Assembly (NCBI GenBank): GCA_951406725.2
Contig: OX597832.1
Span: 53,878,001 to 53,942,000, forward strand
Length of the DNA stretch: 64,000 nucleotides
Direction of reading: 5' to 3'
DNA from: Octopus vulgaris
Taxonomy: Eukaryota
Part shown: in pieces, positions 48,351 to 63,477 of the stretch
Layout of the letters: each line of letters opens with the position of its first letter
How positions within the stretch are numbered: position 1 is the stretch's first letter
Translations under genes and position numbers: made by a program
Notes under the pieces: model-generated
Told to the model about the DNA's origin: nothing
Databases searched by the model: none
The model's input: the letters and a program-made list of their open reading frames with translations, nothing else

Positions 48351-49892
48351 TATAAATACATATATATATATATATACATACACACATGCACATGATAAGC
48401 TTCCTTCAGTTTCCTACGAAATCCACTCACAAGGCTTTGGTTGGTCCGAGACTAAAGTAGAAAACGTTTGCCCAAAACGCCACACGGTAGGACTAAACTT
48501 GAAACCATGTAGCTGAAAAGCAAACTTCACGACACAGACCATGGGATTGCACCTAGAAAGTTACCCTTCCAGACACAAGTCCAGGCAAGGTTGTTTATAG
48601 AAGACCAGCAGTCACCTATGTATACCAGCCTCCCTCACTCCATGCCAACGATGTTATCCAAGGGAAAGGCAAAGGGGCCGATACAGCTTGGTACCTGTGA
48701 CATCGCAACTCATCTCTACAGCTGAGTGAACTGGAGCAATGTGAAATATAGTATCTTGCTCAAGAACACAACACGCAGCCCAGTGCAGGATTCGAGCTCA
48801 CAATCTCATGATCGTAAGCTCGACGCTCTAACCACTGAGCCATGCTCCTTCACATATATAAAATTATATTATATTTATATCTATTCTGGTGAGTTCATTA
48901 TATGTTGGTTAAATTAAAAATTCTGGTATATTATTAAAGAAATATCCCAGCTGTAGCTAATGAGAGCAAATAATTGATCAGAATACTCTTAATGATAACA
49001 GTGGATGATTAGTTTCACTAAAAGAATAGAGGCAAGAGCCATTAGTTTTGAAAATAACATGAACTACACCGCAATTATATAAGCAAACATATGCTACATG
49101 TACTGCATATATACATAATCATCATCATCGTTTAACGTCCGTTTTTCATGCTAGCATGGGTTGGATGGTTCGACTGGGGTCTGGGAAGCCAGGAGGCTAC
49201 GCCAGGCTCCAGTCTGATCTAGCAGTGTTTCTAAAGCTGGATGCCCTTCCTAATGCCAACCGCTCTGTGAGTGTAATTGGTGCTTTTTATGTGCCACCGG
49301 CACAGGGGCCAGAGGAGGCTGGCAAATGGCCACGATCGGTTGGTGCTTTTCATGTGTCACTGACATGGACACCAGTCAGGCGGTGCTGGCATCATCCATG
49401 TTCGGGTGGTGCTTTTTATGTGCCACCAGCATGGGTATCACAACTACAATTTCCATTTGATTTTTATTTTGATGTTGATGTACTTGACTCAATAAGTCTC
49501 CTCAAGCACAGCGGGTCACTCTACAATCCAAGGTTAGCACAGCAGGCCGTCCTGGGAGCCATGAACTCACTTCATTTGTCGGGTCAAGGCACGTGCTGTG
49601 AGTAATTACTCAGAGTAGGCAGTTGGTGAAGTTTATGTAGTAAAACACAGGTGCACGGCTGAGTTGGAGGGAGGTTTACTTCTGCCTTTATAGTGCGTAA
49701 AGAAAATGTTGTTGTAGGAATGTATGCAGCATGTGTACTACAGCAGACCTATGCGTAGCTTAAATACTGAGATTGAAAGGCAGGACATTGCTTAGAAAAT
49801 ATTTTTCATTTTCAACCTCGTATATAGTACGCACTAGGGATTTTGACCTTTAAATTTTGGGGAAAAAATGCTGATTATACTCAAGTATTACG

Positions 49893-49932
<40 letters not shown>

Positions 49933-51888
49933 TTTGCAGACAAGAAAGTAAATTTCAAACACAGTAAAGCTTTAAGAAGTGTAGAGAAAGATTGGGTATT
50001 TCACCCTCAGAAGACAGAAGAAACTTGCTAGGCCACCTGCCAGTAATTTTTTTTTTCTGTCTTATCGGGATAAACACCCAATCCTTTTTCTACTGTTCTC
50101 ACAGCTTTACTATGTTTGAAATTTACTTTGTCTGCAAAATACCAACCGCATTTGATGCTTCTATATACATACATGGACATTTAAATTAATGTTTACATAA
50201 GTATTTAAATACATTAAAATATTAGGTCACGTTAACTAATTTCTACTCTTAGTCTCCATTCAGGGGAAAATAAATTAACATAATAATGAAAAATAGGCCA
50301 TTGAACAAGTAAATCTTTTGTCTGGTATAACCTCCCACTGTCCTTGAATATCATTTCTCATACACATACACAGAAGTTTCACCGGTAAAATTGGACTCTC
50401 AATTATAATATAACACATGTTTGTAATATGGTTAAATCATAGGACCTGTGAGGCTGAGTAGATGAAGTTAACAGACCTCATATTCAATGATATGCTAATC
50501 AAAAAACTTCATCTCGAAAATGTAATAACATCATTGCAATAAAGACAGTCCTTCAGTTAACCATATTTCAGGTAAAGTGAATTATTCTTTTTTTTTTAAT
50601 GGTTTCAGTCATTTGATTGTGGCCATGCTGGTGCACTGCTTTTAGTCGAACAAATCAACTCCAGGACCTATTCTTTGTAAGCCTAGTACAAGCGATGATG
50701 AGGGGACAAACAGACACACAAATACATACATATAGATATATGACGGGATTCTTTCAGTTTCTTATTTCTTTATTGCCCACAAGGGGCTAAACATAGAGGG
50801 GACAAACAAGGACAAAGGGATTAAGTTGATTACATCAACCCCAGTGCATAACTGGTACTTAATTTATTGACCCCGAAAGGATGAAAGGCAAAGTCGACCT
50901 TGGCGGAATTTCAACTCAGAACATAACAGCAGACAAAATACCATTAAGCATTTCGCCCACTGTGCTAATGTTTCTGCCAGCTCGCTGCCTTAGGTTCCTT
51001 TCAGTTTCTGTCTACCAAATCCACTCAAGTCTTTGGTCAGCCAAAGGCTACAATAAAAGAGACTTGCCCAAGGTGCCATGCAGTGGGACTGAACCTGGAA
51101 CCATGTGGTTGGGAAGCAAGCCTCTTACCACACAGCCACTCCTGCACCTGTTTATTTACTTTTTTGTTTCACCTCATCATCATCACAATTTTGCATCCAT
51201 ATTCCATGCTGGCAGGAGTCGAACAGTTTGAGAGGATCTGACAAATCAGAGGAGTGTATCGGTCTTCACCAAAACTCTTTTTTAACAAGGTTTCTACGGC
51301 TGGAGATCTTGTTTAATGCTAACTACTTTCCCAGTCACTGGTACAAGTGAGTCATCAAGCAGTTTGCAAAAGAAGACCCCTTGATTGAGGTGGGGCTATT
51401 GTATTAGTAAGTTTGTGTGTGTGAGTATATATATACATATACACCTATAATAATACTCGTGTTTTTCTCCGTCACAACATATGAATGAGAAGGGAAGGGG
51501 TGATGGCAAACTGGTAGTGGGAGTGTTTCAATTGTGAGTATATGTGTGTGTGTATGTAAAAGGGAGATGTTTGCATGCATGTGTGTGTGCATGCCAAGGA
51601 AGTGGGATGGTGAACATTCAATGCTGAAAAAAAAAACTTAAACAGCGTTTCAACTTCAAAATACTACAATTAGCCATTGTTTCTGACAGCACGGGACCAG
51701 CTAGTGTATATATATATATATATATATACACGCACACACAAACACACATATATAATGAAGCACTGGTGCAAAGAGCGTTTAGGTATGAGTAGAATTTAGG
51801 TTAGTTGAAATTTGTTCGTCACATATTTCAACTGTTTTTGCCTTTTAGCAGTTGAAAGATGTGAAGCATTTTTCAACTAATCTATATC

Positions 51889-51997
51889 TCAAAATAAGCA
51901 ACAAAGATATCCAGAGGTAATGCAGTACCATCGTTTCAGGCAACTCCATGAAACGATCATACTGCATTACCTCTGGATATCCTTTTGCTTATTTTGA
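51889..51997. repeat. Near-perfect hairpin (~50-bp arms, 10-nt loop)
   Basis: tcaaaataagcaa..gatatccagaggtaatgcagta..atcgtttca / tgaaacgat..tactgcattacctctggatatc..tgcttattttga. Confidence 0.75.
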
Positions 51998-52287
51998 TTA
52001 TAATCACCTTACTTTAAAACTGTATGGATAATACCGTATTAAATTCTGGTGCCTCAACTTAAGTAACATATTCATCTGAATCTATCTATCCATATATAGC
52101 TATGTGTACCCACTACAGACATTTGTGGCTGTGTGGTAAGAAATTTGCTTCGGAGCCCCATGGCTACAGATTCAGTCCCATTGAGTGGCATCTTGAGCAA
52201 GTATCTTCTATTATAATCCTGGGTTGACCAAAGCTTTGTGAGCAATTTGGTAGATGGAAACTGAATGAAGTTCATCATCATCATCAT

Positions 52288-52340
<53 letters not shown>

Positions 52341-52685
52341 TGTGTGCATGAATGTTTATGTGTCTTGATATTGTGTGGTAGCTGTAAATGAGTGCCACTG
52401 TCACACAAGCGACATCATTCATTTCCGATATTCTGTAAAAACAGGTCTCACTATGGAGAAATATTACCTCATTTGGAAACAAGTGCAGGTTGGTAACAGG
52501 AAGAGCATCCAAGTGTAGAAAATCTGCCTCAATAAAACCACATCCGATCCATGCAGGCATGTTCAAATTCCACTGCCTTCAACTTTGCCTTTCAACCTTT
52601 CAGGATTGACAAGTACCAGTCATACACTGGGCTTATGTAATCAACTAGCATCTTCCTTCCCATCAAATTACAAGCCTTCTGCCTA

Positions 52686-53093
52686 CTCTCTTTTCTTTTA
52701 CTCTTTTACTTGTTTCAGTCATTTGACTGCGGCCATGCTGGAGCACCGCCTTTAATCGAGCAACTCAACCCCGGAACTTATTCTTTTGTAAGCCCAGTAC
52801 TTATTCTATCGGTCTCTTTTGCTGAACTGCTAAGTAACGGGGACATAAACACACCAGCATCGGTTGTCAAGCAATGCTAGGGGGACAAACACAGACACAC
52901 AAACACACACATATATATATACATATATACGACGGGCTTCTTTCAGTTTCCGTCTACCAAATCCACTCATAAGGCTTTGGTCAGCCCGAGGCTATAGTAG
53001 AAGACACTTGCCCGAGGTGCCACACAGTGGGACTGAACTCGGAACCATGTGGTTGGTAAGCAAGCTACTTACCACACAGCTACTCCTGCGCCT
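52686..53093 (-). mobile_element. SINE family A, full-length copy
   Basis: Reverse complement of the consensus. Confidence 0.85.
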
Positions 53094-53959
53094 ACGGTAG
53101 AAAAGGTTATCAACTTCGTTATTACTATGTATTTCATAATACATCGTTGTGTAATATTTCTTGTTTCTTTTTTTTAAAACCTAGATATTTATTTATTTAG
53201 GGCGAACTGGCTCACAAACCCATGATTGTGACTACATTTCCAAGTTAATTAGATCAGAGATAAAAATCAGGTTTCTCTGTTTGAGACCTGTGTACTCAAG
53301 CAATCTATTAATTATGTCATCTTAGCATTTAGTCACTACCTCCTACCCTCTTCCCTCATGTGTGTGTATGTGTGTGTGTGTGTGTAAATATGTTTGTATT
53401 TTATTCTTTTATTTGTTTCAGTCATTTGGATGCAGCCATGCTGGAGCACTGCCTTAAAGGGTTTTAGTTGGAGAAATTGACCCAGGACTTGTTCTTTGTA
53501 AGCCTTACTTATTCTATTGGTCTCTTTTGTCAAACTGCTAAGTTACAGGGATACAAGCAAACATACAATGGACTCCTTTCAGTTTCTTATTTCTTTATTG
53601 CCCACAAGGGGCTAAACATAGAGGGGACAAACAAGGACAGGAAAACAGATTAAGTCGATTACATCAACCCCAGTGTGTAACTGGTACTTAATTTATCGAC
53701 CTTGAAAGGATGAAAGGCAAAGTTGACCTTGGCGGAATTTGAACTCAGAACATAACGGCAGATGAAATACCGCTAAGCATTTTGACCAGCGTGCTAACGA
53801 TTCTGCGAGCTCACCACCTTTCAGTTTCTGCCTACTAAATCCACTCACAAGGATTTGGTTGGTCTGAGATTATTGTAGAAGACACTTGTCCAAGGTGTCA
53901 CACAGTGGGACTGAAACTGGAACCATGTGGTTGGGAAGCAAGCTTCTTACCACATAGCT

Positions 53960-55073
53960 ACATATATACATACACATATATATACACATACATACATACA
54001 TACATACATATACATACATACATACATATATATATACATACATATATATATACATACACATACATACATATATATATACATACACATACATACATATATA
54101 TATATACATACACATACATACATATATATATATACATACACATACATACATATATATATATACATACACATACATACACATACATATATACATACATACA
54201 TACACACACATATATATACATACATACACACATATATATACATACATACACACATATATATACATACATACACACATATATACATACATACACACATATA
54301 TACATACATACACACATATATATACATACATACACATACATATATATACATACATACACATACATATATATACATACATACACATACATATATATACATA
54401 CATACACATATATACATACATACACATACATATATATACATACATACACATACATATATATACATACATACATATATATACATACATACACATACATATA
54501 TATACATACATACACATACATATATATACATACATACACATACATATATATACATACATACACATACATATATATACATACATACACATACATATATATA
54601 CATACATACACATACATATATATACATACATACACATACATATATATACATACATACACATACATATATATACATACATACACATACATATATATACATA
54701 CATACACATACATATATATACATACATACACATACATATATATACATACATACACATACATATATATACATACATACACATACATACACATATATACATA
54801 CATACACATACATATATATACATACATACACATACATATATATACATACATACACATACATATATATACATACATACACATACATATATATACATACATA
54901 CACATACATATATATACATACATACACATACATACATATATACATACATACACATACATACATATACATACATACACATACATATATATACATACATACA
55001 CATACATATATATACATACATACACATACATACATATATATACATACATACACATACATATATATACATACAT

Positions 55074-55125
<52 letters not shown>
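53960..55125. repeat. ~1.17-kb compound microsatellite with a 20-bp higher-order unit (TACATACACATACATATATA)n
   Basis: Read directly; source of the spurious ~400-aa ORFs. Confidence 0.95.
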
Positions 55126-56854
55126 TTAAGGCACAATATATGGATTTATCTAATCTGGTGATAATCGCAAAAAAGCTCCTTTAGTGGATCAGGCTACAAG
55201 CCACTGAGTGAACCAATGCCTGGGGTTGTAATGTAGAGTCCTACGCAGACAAATCTATTATACACTAAAATAAATTATTTTTCCATGATGCTGATGTAGA
55301 GAGGGGCAACTGGTTATTGTGGCACTCCATTTGTTACGATGACGAGGGCTCCAGTTGATCCGATCAACGGAACAGCCTGCTCATGAAATTAACGTGCAAG
55401 TGGCTGAGCACTCCACAGACACGTGTACCCTTAACGTAGTTCTTGGGGGAGATTCAGTGTGACACAGAGTGGGACAAGGCTGGCCTTTTGAAATACAGGC
55501 ACAACAGAAACAGGAAGAAAAGGGGAGAGAAAGTTGTGGTGAAAGAGTACAGCAGGGTTTGCCACCACTCCCTGCCAGAACATCGTGGCACTTTAGGCGT
55601 TTTTTCCTAAATAAACACAACACCCGGTCTGGGAATCGAAACTGATCCTACGACTGTGAGTCAGATGCCCTAATCACTGGGCCATTGCACCTCCACAGTG
55701 ACTGGTATGCATGGGTGACTGCTGGTCTTCCACAAACAACCTGAATTTGTGCCTTGGAGAGGAACTTTCTAGGTGTAATCCCATGATTGTTCATGACCAA
55801 AGGGGGTCTTTAGATATTCTTCTATTCCCTTATTCCCTTACTTGTTTGCGTTATTTGACTGCAGCCATGCTGGAGCATTGTCTTGAAGCATTTTAGTCAA
55901 ACAAATTGACCCCAGGACTTATTTAAGCCTAGTATTTATTCTATCAGTCTCTTTTGCTGAACTGCTAAGTTATAAGGATGTAAACACAGTTAGAAAGACA
56001 CACACATGACATATATATATATATATATATATACAACAGGCTTCTTTCAGTTTTCATCTACCTGTGGCACCTGTACAGGTAATGTCGATCTCATGGAGGG
56101 AGTGAGCTTATGTCTACACAAACATTTGATCACTATAAACAAATCATCTGTGTAGTTGTTTGGCAAGAAATTGTCAAACCCTTGTACATTGTCTAATGAC
56201 AGGAGAATCCATTATTATAACCATATATGTGTCAATTACATTGCCAAACTTTCACTCAACCAAAAAGTCATATTTGTATACAACGTTACAGACGGTCATT
56301 AAACATGAAGCTTTAGCAAACATGAATTATTCAATTAATACCAAGATAAAAGTATTATATGATAGAAGAACGGAGTACTTTAGTATAAAGTGAAGTCACT
56401 AACAGCAAACAATACATTTCCAACCCAGTTCCTACCTAAAATATCATTTAGCAGTGATCAAAAGATTTATAAATACAAGGTACATTTCAGTAGTTTTTAG
56501 TCTGCTTCAGAGGAGATATTTATTAACCCCTTGACGCCGGTATTACCTGAAGCATGCGAGACACTGCTCCGTTTTTTTTTTATCTAATGAATCCACACAA
56601 ACACACAAGTGCCAATGAGCTCGCGTCTATTTACGTTCACCGTTACAATAACATAGCATCATACATTTACGTCTACTGGTTTATGAAAACGAACTATGTG
56701 AAGCTATTTATCATAGTGCTAGTGTATGTATATACAGCTGGTCTCTCTCTCTCTGAACTCTCTTCTAGCATCCAACAAAGGACTATGTCCAAAGTGTTAT
56801 ACTCTCACTAGAAAACTTTTTTATCCTTCATTGAGCATTAGCCAAATAATATTG

Positions 56855-57307
56855 ATGTGCTACCAGTGCCGGTGGCATGTCGAAACTCTGCTTGTGAAGA
56901 CCCATTGAGGCAAGTGAGGATCAGAATCGAAATCGATCAATGGAAATTGCAGATGTGTTACCAGTGCCGGTGGCATGTAAGAGAACCTTCCGTTTCGCGA
57001 CCGTTGCCAGCACCGCCCCGTTTCGTGTTCGTTGCCAGCCTCGCCTGGCCCTCGTGCCGGTGGCACATAAAAAACACCATCCGTTCGTGGCCGTTTGCCA
57101 GCTCTGGCTGGCACCAGTGCGGGTGGCACGTAAAAAGCACCCACTACACTCACGGAGTGGTTGGCGTTAGGAAGGGCATCCAGCCGTAGAAACACTGCCA
57201 GATTTGACTGGGCCTGATGAAGCCTTCTGGCTTCACAGACCCCAGCAGAACCGTCCAACCCATGCTAGCATGGAAAACGGACGCTAAATGATGATGATGA
57301 TGATGAT
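56855..57307 (+). mobile_element. RTE-related family C 3' UTR copy
   Basis: Same consensus. Confidence 0.75.
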
Positions 57308-58167
57308 GTAAGCATTCCAGTCCACTCTGTAAAAGGTATCCAGCTATGAAAACCATGCCAAAACAGGCCCCCCCCCTGTTGTGGTGGTGCCACATAAAAA
57401 CCACCCAGTCCTCTCTGTAAAGTGGTTGGTGTCTGGAAGGGCAGTGGAGCTTGGTGCAGTACTCCGGCTTGTCAGCTCCTGTCAAACCATCCAACCCATG
57501 TCAGCATGATGAAGATGATGCCTTGGACATTTGTTCTTTTGTATTTGATATGCAATACTAAGAAATGGCTGGATTAAAGTTGAAATTTGTCTTTATATTT
57601 AAGATGTCATCCAATGGAAATGCTGACATTGGTTTTAAAGGATTTCAGACATCAGTTATGAAAGTTGTCAAGGAATAACGTGAATTATGTTAAAAATGTG
57701 TTTGGAGATCTCGAGCCAAGGAACTAGCAAGTAAGGTTCATGAAAAGAATCTAGTTGAAAGGATGACAGTTAACAAAGAAACATCTATTGTGTATCATGA
57801 TACTGGTTGGTTATATAAGATATAATTGTGTGCCGCTGTATTGACTGTGATTATAGATACAGTGGTACATTCTGATAAAAACAACAGAAGTTATGAAGAA
57901 GATCTGAGATGAAGACAAAGTAGATGTAGCTAAAAGATTTAATCTTGATTAATTAAGAGAGATCGACATTCTTTCATGATGGAACCTGAGATAAAAAAAT
58001 CTTTAGTTGAGGTCTGAAAAGATTACACAGGGAATGATCTAAGGATATGAAACAACTTCACTTGGACGAAAGGTTTAAAAAGATTTCCCAATAAGAATGT
58101 GTACCAAAGTCTTAAGCCAACATCCAAAAATTCTGAGCCTTCAAATTCAAGTGCTGCCATTTTCTAA

Positions 58168-58575
58168 ATACTCTCTCTCTCTCTTTTACTTGTTTCAGTC
58201 ATTTGACTGCGGCCATGCTGGAGCACCACCTTTAATCGAGCAACTCGACCCTGGGACTTATTCTTTGTAAGCCCAGTACTTATTCTATCGGTCTCTTTTG
58301 CTGAACCGCTAAGTGACGGGGACATAAACACACCAGCATCGGTTGTCAAGCAATGCTAGGGGGACAAACACAGACACACAAACACACACGCACATATATA
58401 TACACACATACGATGGGCTTCTTTCAGTTTCCGTCTACCAAATCCACTCACAAGGCTTTGGTTGGCCTGAGGCTATAGTAGAAGACACTTGCCCAAGGTG
58501 CCACACAGTGAGACTGAACCCGGAAGCATGTGGTTGGTAAGAAAGCTACTTACCACACAGCCACTCCTGCACCTA
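58168..58575 (-). mobile_element. SINE family A, full-length copy
   Basis: Reverse complement of the consensus. Confidence 0.85.
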
Positions 58576-59438
58576 TACATACAGAAATGCTCATTTCTGA
58601 ACAAGTTCTTGCAGCTATCAATTTCCAGATATTTGCAGTTAACTCTACAGTACCTGGTTTATGTAATTAAATAATTTAATTCACTTTTAATACAACTATT
58701 TCATTAATACAGACCGTATTCATAAACCTGTGCCGCAGTCATCTTCAGCATCAGGTAATTCATTTAATCATTTAATATTAAAGTTTCTAATGGTACAAGG
58801 TACTATAGGGATATTTAATTGCTCAGTGGTGTGGTATTATCACATGGTCTCTTTGGTCTGTAAAAACTGATAACCTAGAAAGACTTTGGAATAAAAAATT
58901 CCTGAAAATAAGTGTACCAGTTTCTGCACAATAAATCTGTATTCATATATCTCTCTTATTTCAGATGAGGAAGTCATATATTCATCTCTTTGGCAAGACA
59001 CTTGCTCCTCTCCCTCCATCATACTATCATATCTTTCAATATTGTATTTTACTCAGATCAGGGGTTTTGCCTTGCAGGTACATGGTCACCCCCCACCAGT
59101 GGTGGTGGTGGCACAAAAAGAAGAAAAAAAAGTACCCAGTACACTCTGTGAAGTGGTTGATGTTAGAAAGGGAATTTAGCAATGGAAACCATTCCTAAGC
59201 AGATATTGGAGCTCAGCAAAGCCCTCTGGCTCGTCAGTTCGTGTTGGACTGTCCAACCAACACCAACATGGAAAAAGGGACATTAAATGATGATGATGAT
59301 AGTAAAGTTTTGAAATTAAAAAAAAAACCCCAAAAATACATCTTTAGTTTTCAATTAAAAAGAAAAAAAAAAACAAAGAATAAAAAAAATTATCTGAAGA
59401 AATTTAGATATTTGTTCTTTTTATAGGCTAGTACTTAC

Positions 59439-60046
59439 CAAATGAACAAACGGCACAAAATAACCAAACAAAGAAATGCCACAAGACAGCGCCCATATCA
59501 CATAACCTTTGTTCTTCCATATATCCACATTGAGGTATTTTTTAGTCCAAGAGCAGCAATCATGCACATGTTCATATATACTCTCACTTGACAATGTTAG
59601 TTGGCTCATAGCAGTTTCTTTTACTAACACTGGTTTCCAGGTCAAAGCACAAAATACCATCGTTGCCTCTAATCCACTCAAAATTAACAGAGTATTCTTT
59701 AACTGTACTCTCTCAATAAGAACTGGTAGAATCTGAGAGAAACTAACTGAAAATAAAGCACTTCCAAAAGACACCAAACCATTCACAAGACCCATTTTTT
59801 TTTTGAAGTAATGTCCAAGGATGACAAGTGATGGAGAATAGATAAAAGCTCCGCCAACACCTATTAAGATACCATAAGTTAGGTAAAGCAGTTCTAATTT
59901 GGTTACAAAAGCACTAGACAACAAACCGACAGTGGAAAGTAATGCTCCGAAACATCCAACTTTTCTGATTCCAATTCTGTCTGCAAGGATGCTTGCAAAT
60001 ATAGACATGAGAAAAGTCATTCCGATTGTAACAGATCCGACCCAGG
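59439..60046 (-). CDS. SLC16A10: SLC16A10-like coding exon (AWVGSVTIGMTFLMSIFASILADRIG...GYFVPFVHL)
   Basis: Minus-strand TTCCAG acceptor at 60048-60047; GTAAGT donor starting 59438; 608 nt; several hydrophobic MFS helices. Confidence 0.92.
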
Positions 60047-60177
60047 CTGGAATTAAAATGGAAAGTAAGAACGATTACAATAACATCTTCCAAAGCAAAG
60101 AAATAACTGGATAAAATGGTACATTTTAAGGACTAGCAAAAACATCTTGAATAAAAATAATTTGTTTAAAAAAATAA

Positions 60178-60525
60178 TAATTAGTTAGTTAGTTAGTTAG
60201 TTAGTTAATTTTTTGGCTCAAAAAGCAAAAAGCTTGGCCATGTAGGGGGACATGGAGTTATGTACAGGGTGGTGTTCATGTAAAGAGTTCAGGCCACTTG
60301 TGGTCAAGGGAGACTTTGAACCGAGCGGTCGTCGGCATCTTCACCATCTCGTCTGGCAGCTTATTCCACGGATCCGCAACCCGGACGGAGAAAGCCCCTC
60401 TCCTTCGATTGAGATGAAATCGTCGCAGATAGAGCTTTTCGGAATGACCCCGCAGCCGACGCTCTGGAGCAGGAGTGAAGAACAGCTCTTTCGAGAGGTT
60501 ACACTTTCCGCTTATGATGTTGTGA
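60178..60525 (-). mobile_element. CR1-group LINE 3' end with (TAAC)n tail
   Basis: RLRGHSEKL...RRGAFSVRVADPWNKLPDEMVKMPTTARFK; microsatellite tail at 60178-60207. Confidence 0.8.
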
Positions 60526-60989
60526 GCCCAAACACAAGGTTTCAGGTTCAGTCCCAACACTTGCTACCCCAGACAATTATCTTCAACTGTACCCCCAGGC
60601 CGACTAAGTCCTGGTGACTGTGTGAATACATACACACATACAGGTATGTCCCCTGCATCCCTCTTCAACTGAGTGATCCTAATCTAATCTTTTGAGCTCA
60701 TGGGTGCTAGCACCACATAAAAAGCACCCATGCCGGTACTGCATAAAAGCACCCAGAATATGCTGTGGAATGGTTGGTGCTAGGAAGGGCATCCAGCCAT
60801 AGAAATCATGTCAAAACAGACATGGAGCGTGGGTGGCTCTTCAGCTAACCAGCTCCTGTCAAACCGTCCAATCCATGCCAGCATGGAGAACAGGCATTAA
60901 GTGATGGTGATGAAGACATTCATATATATGTGTGTCTTTGTGTCCTCGTTCCCTTGACATTGCATGACAGTTGTAAATGAGCATTATGA

Positions 60990-61370
60990 TCAAATCAAAA
61001 TCGAAATCAAAAATCAAAATCGATCAACATCAATGGAAATTGTAGCTGTGATACCAGTGCCGGTGGCACATAGGAGAACCATCCGAACATGGCCATTGCC
61101 AGCACCGCCCCGACTGGCTTCCATACCGGTGGCACGTAAAAAGCACCATCCGATTGTGGTTGTTGCCAGCCTCGCCTGGCCTCCGTGCCGGTGGCACGTA
61201 AAAAGCATCCACTACACTCATGGAGTGGTTGGTGTTAGGAAGGGCATCCAGCCGTAGAAACATTGCCAGAACAGACTGGGCCTGGTGCAACCTTCTGGCT
61301 TCCCAGACCCCAGTTGCACCGTCCAACCCATGCCAGCATGGAAAGCGGACGCTAAACGATGACGATGATG
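60990..61370 (+). mobile_element. RTE-related family C 3' UTR copy
   Basis: Same consensus. Confidence 0.75.
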
Positions 61371-61905
61371 ATCAGTGCTTGGAAACTGGTAAAGTTGACA
61401 AGAGAAAGAGTATTTGAAAATCTGCCAGAAAAATTCCCATCTAACCCAGGGCTGGGCTATGACCCATCGAGGCCCTAAGCACTTAAAAGATTTTAGTGCC
61501 CCCATAAAAGATTATGTAATTCAAAATATAAACAATAACAAACCATAAAATAATTTTTTAGTTTTTGAAATGAAACAAAACAGTAAGAGGGAAAATAATG
61601 TTTATTTTTGTATAATTCCACTTTTTTTATATTTGAAAAGTTCCCTCCTACATTTTTAAATTGCAAAGTCTTTGATCAGATCCTTAAAAATAATCTTAGG
61701 TAACATATCTGCATCCATAGTTTGTAGAGATAAAGGCATCGCGAATATTATTTTAGCAAGTTTAAAATGATTTCATTTGTGCAGTAAACTATTTACCATT
61801 TCTGTGGCACCCAGCTCCTTCCCTTGATGCCCTAAGCACATGCTTATTTTGCTTAACGGTTAATCCAGTGCTGATCTGACCCATGTGAACATAGAAAAGT
61901 GGACA

Positions 61906-62135
61906 TTAACCCTTTCGTTACCGTATTTATTTTGAGATGCTCTGTGTTTCTTTCAATTATTTTAAATATAACAAAGAATTTAGTAAAATAAATTAGTCAT
62001 CATTAAGCTAGTGTTAGGAACCATAAACTGTGACTAAGATTTGGTGGAAGATTTTAATTCAAAACTTATGAAAACAAGACATTTGTACTACAGAGCTACA
62101 ACCGGTTTCAGCCGGGTTGATAATGAAAGGGTTAA
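61906..62135. mobile_element. piggyBac-like MITE family P1
   Basis: TTAA duplication and CCCTTTC/GAAAGGG termini. Confidence 0.78.
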
Positions 62136-62376
62136 ATGATGTGGATTACATTTTTCTTTTAGCACCAAGGTTCAATTCAATAATAAGCAGTATTTCATAC
62201 AGGCCATTGGTTGACAAATGTTTTCCCTGCAGGATTTCAATTAAACTTTTGCGGTACAATTCATACACTCAACACAATTCATAATCCTTAATTATACAGT
62301 TCATTGCACTTTACAGATTATCAATGCACTCAACTTATAATTCCTAACTGCATTGTTTACAACGCTTTATAAATTA

Positions 62377-63380
62377 CTAGCTCTATAACCCAGTGTTGCT
62401 GGGTCATAGTGCTAGTGCATGCATATACATATTTCTTTATTACCCACAAGGGGCTAAACACAGAGGGGACAAACAAGAACAGACATAGGTATTAAGTTGA
62501 TTATATTGACCCCAGTGCGTAACTGGTACTTAATTTATCGACCCCGAAAGGATGAAAGGCAAAGTCGACCTCGGCGGAATTTGAACTGACTATGTAACGC
62601 AGACGAAATACCGCTAAGCATTTCGCATGGCGTGCTAACGATTCTGCCAGCTCGCCGCCTTGCATGCATATACAGCTGCGTGCGTGCACACATACACGCG
62701 AGTACTGTCCAAATCTCCAGCCAAACACATACAGCTAGCTGGCATTCAATTGGCGTATCAAATTTCAGGTATTTTGACTGGGTTTTGGATAGAAAATTCA
62801 CAAAAAAGTCACTTCTATTGATTTTATTAATGGCTTTGCGGGGTGACTGGGGAAATATAAAGATGTGCACGACCACCCTTGGACGGTTTTGAATGACCAT
62901 AGAAAGTGTGAGCCCTCTAACTGAAAAATTGTGGATTTGTATAAAGGACACACACAGACATTTTGCTGTTTAAATATATTGAGACTAGCAGTATCGCCCG
63001 GCGTTGCTCGGGTTTGTAAGGGAAATAATTATATAAGCATTTTTAGAGATGTAAAGTATAAAAGCCATCTCAATATGGCTAACCACAAAGGGGGAGGGGT
63101 GTTACTGTAGCTTTTTACGTTCTGAGATTTAATAATAAATTTTAGAGAGTTACTTCCCTTATATATGTCAAAAATGGATTAAAAATGGGAAAAATTGATG
63201 GTAAATTTTTTTTAAAATCGTAGACTCATCGTAGACGCGCGCTAATACCCAGACGGTCTCGATATGAATCACGACTATAAGATACCCAGTTTTGGTTAAA
63301 CTGCACCGCAAAATGTTGGAGTAGTTAGGAATCTAAATCGTAGGAGACAGACACACAACCTCACTTTTATATATAAAGAT
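62377..63380 (-). mobile_element. Two adjacent non-autonomous Helitrons (62377-62984 containing a family B SINE; 62985-63380)
   Basis: Each has a TC..TATA 5' end, a GC hairpin and a CTAG|T 3' end on -. Confidence 0.6.
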
Positions 63381-63477
63381 TTCCTCTATTTACATAATAT
63401 TGAGGTTTCTTTCTTTCTTTTGTTATCTTACTGTTTTTACCAATATACATATATATATATATATAAATATATATATA

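Noticed and set aside
53870-55161. Five ORFs of ~400 aa
   Set aside because: Translations of a TA/CA microsatellite that lacks stop codons; the same applies to ORFs at 27350, 32033, 40430 and 44187.
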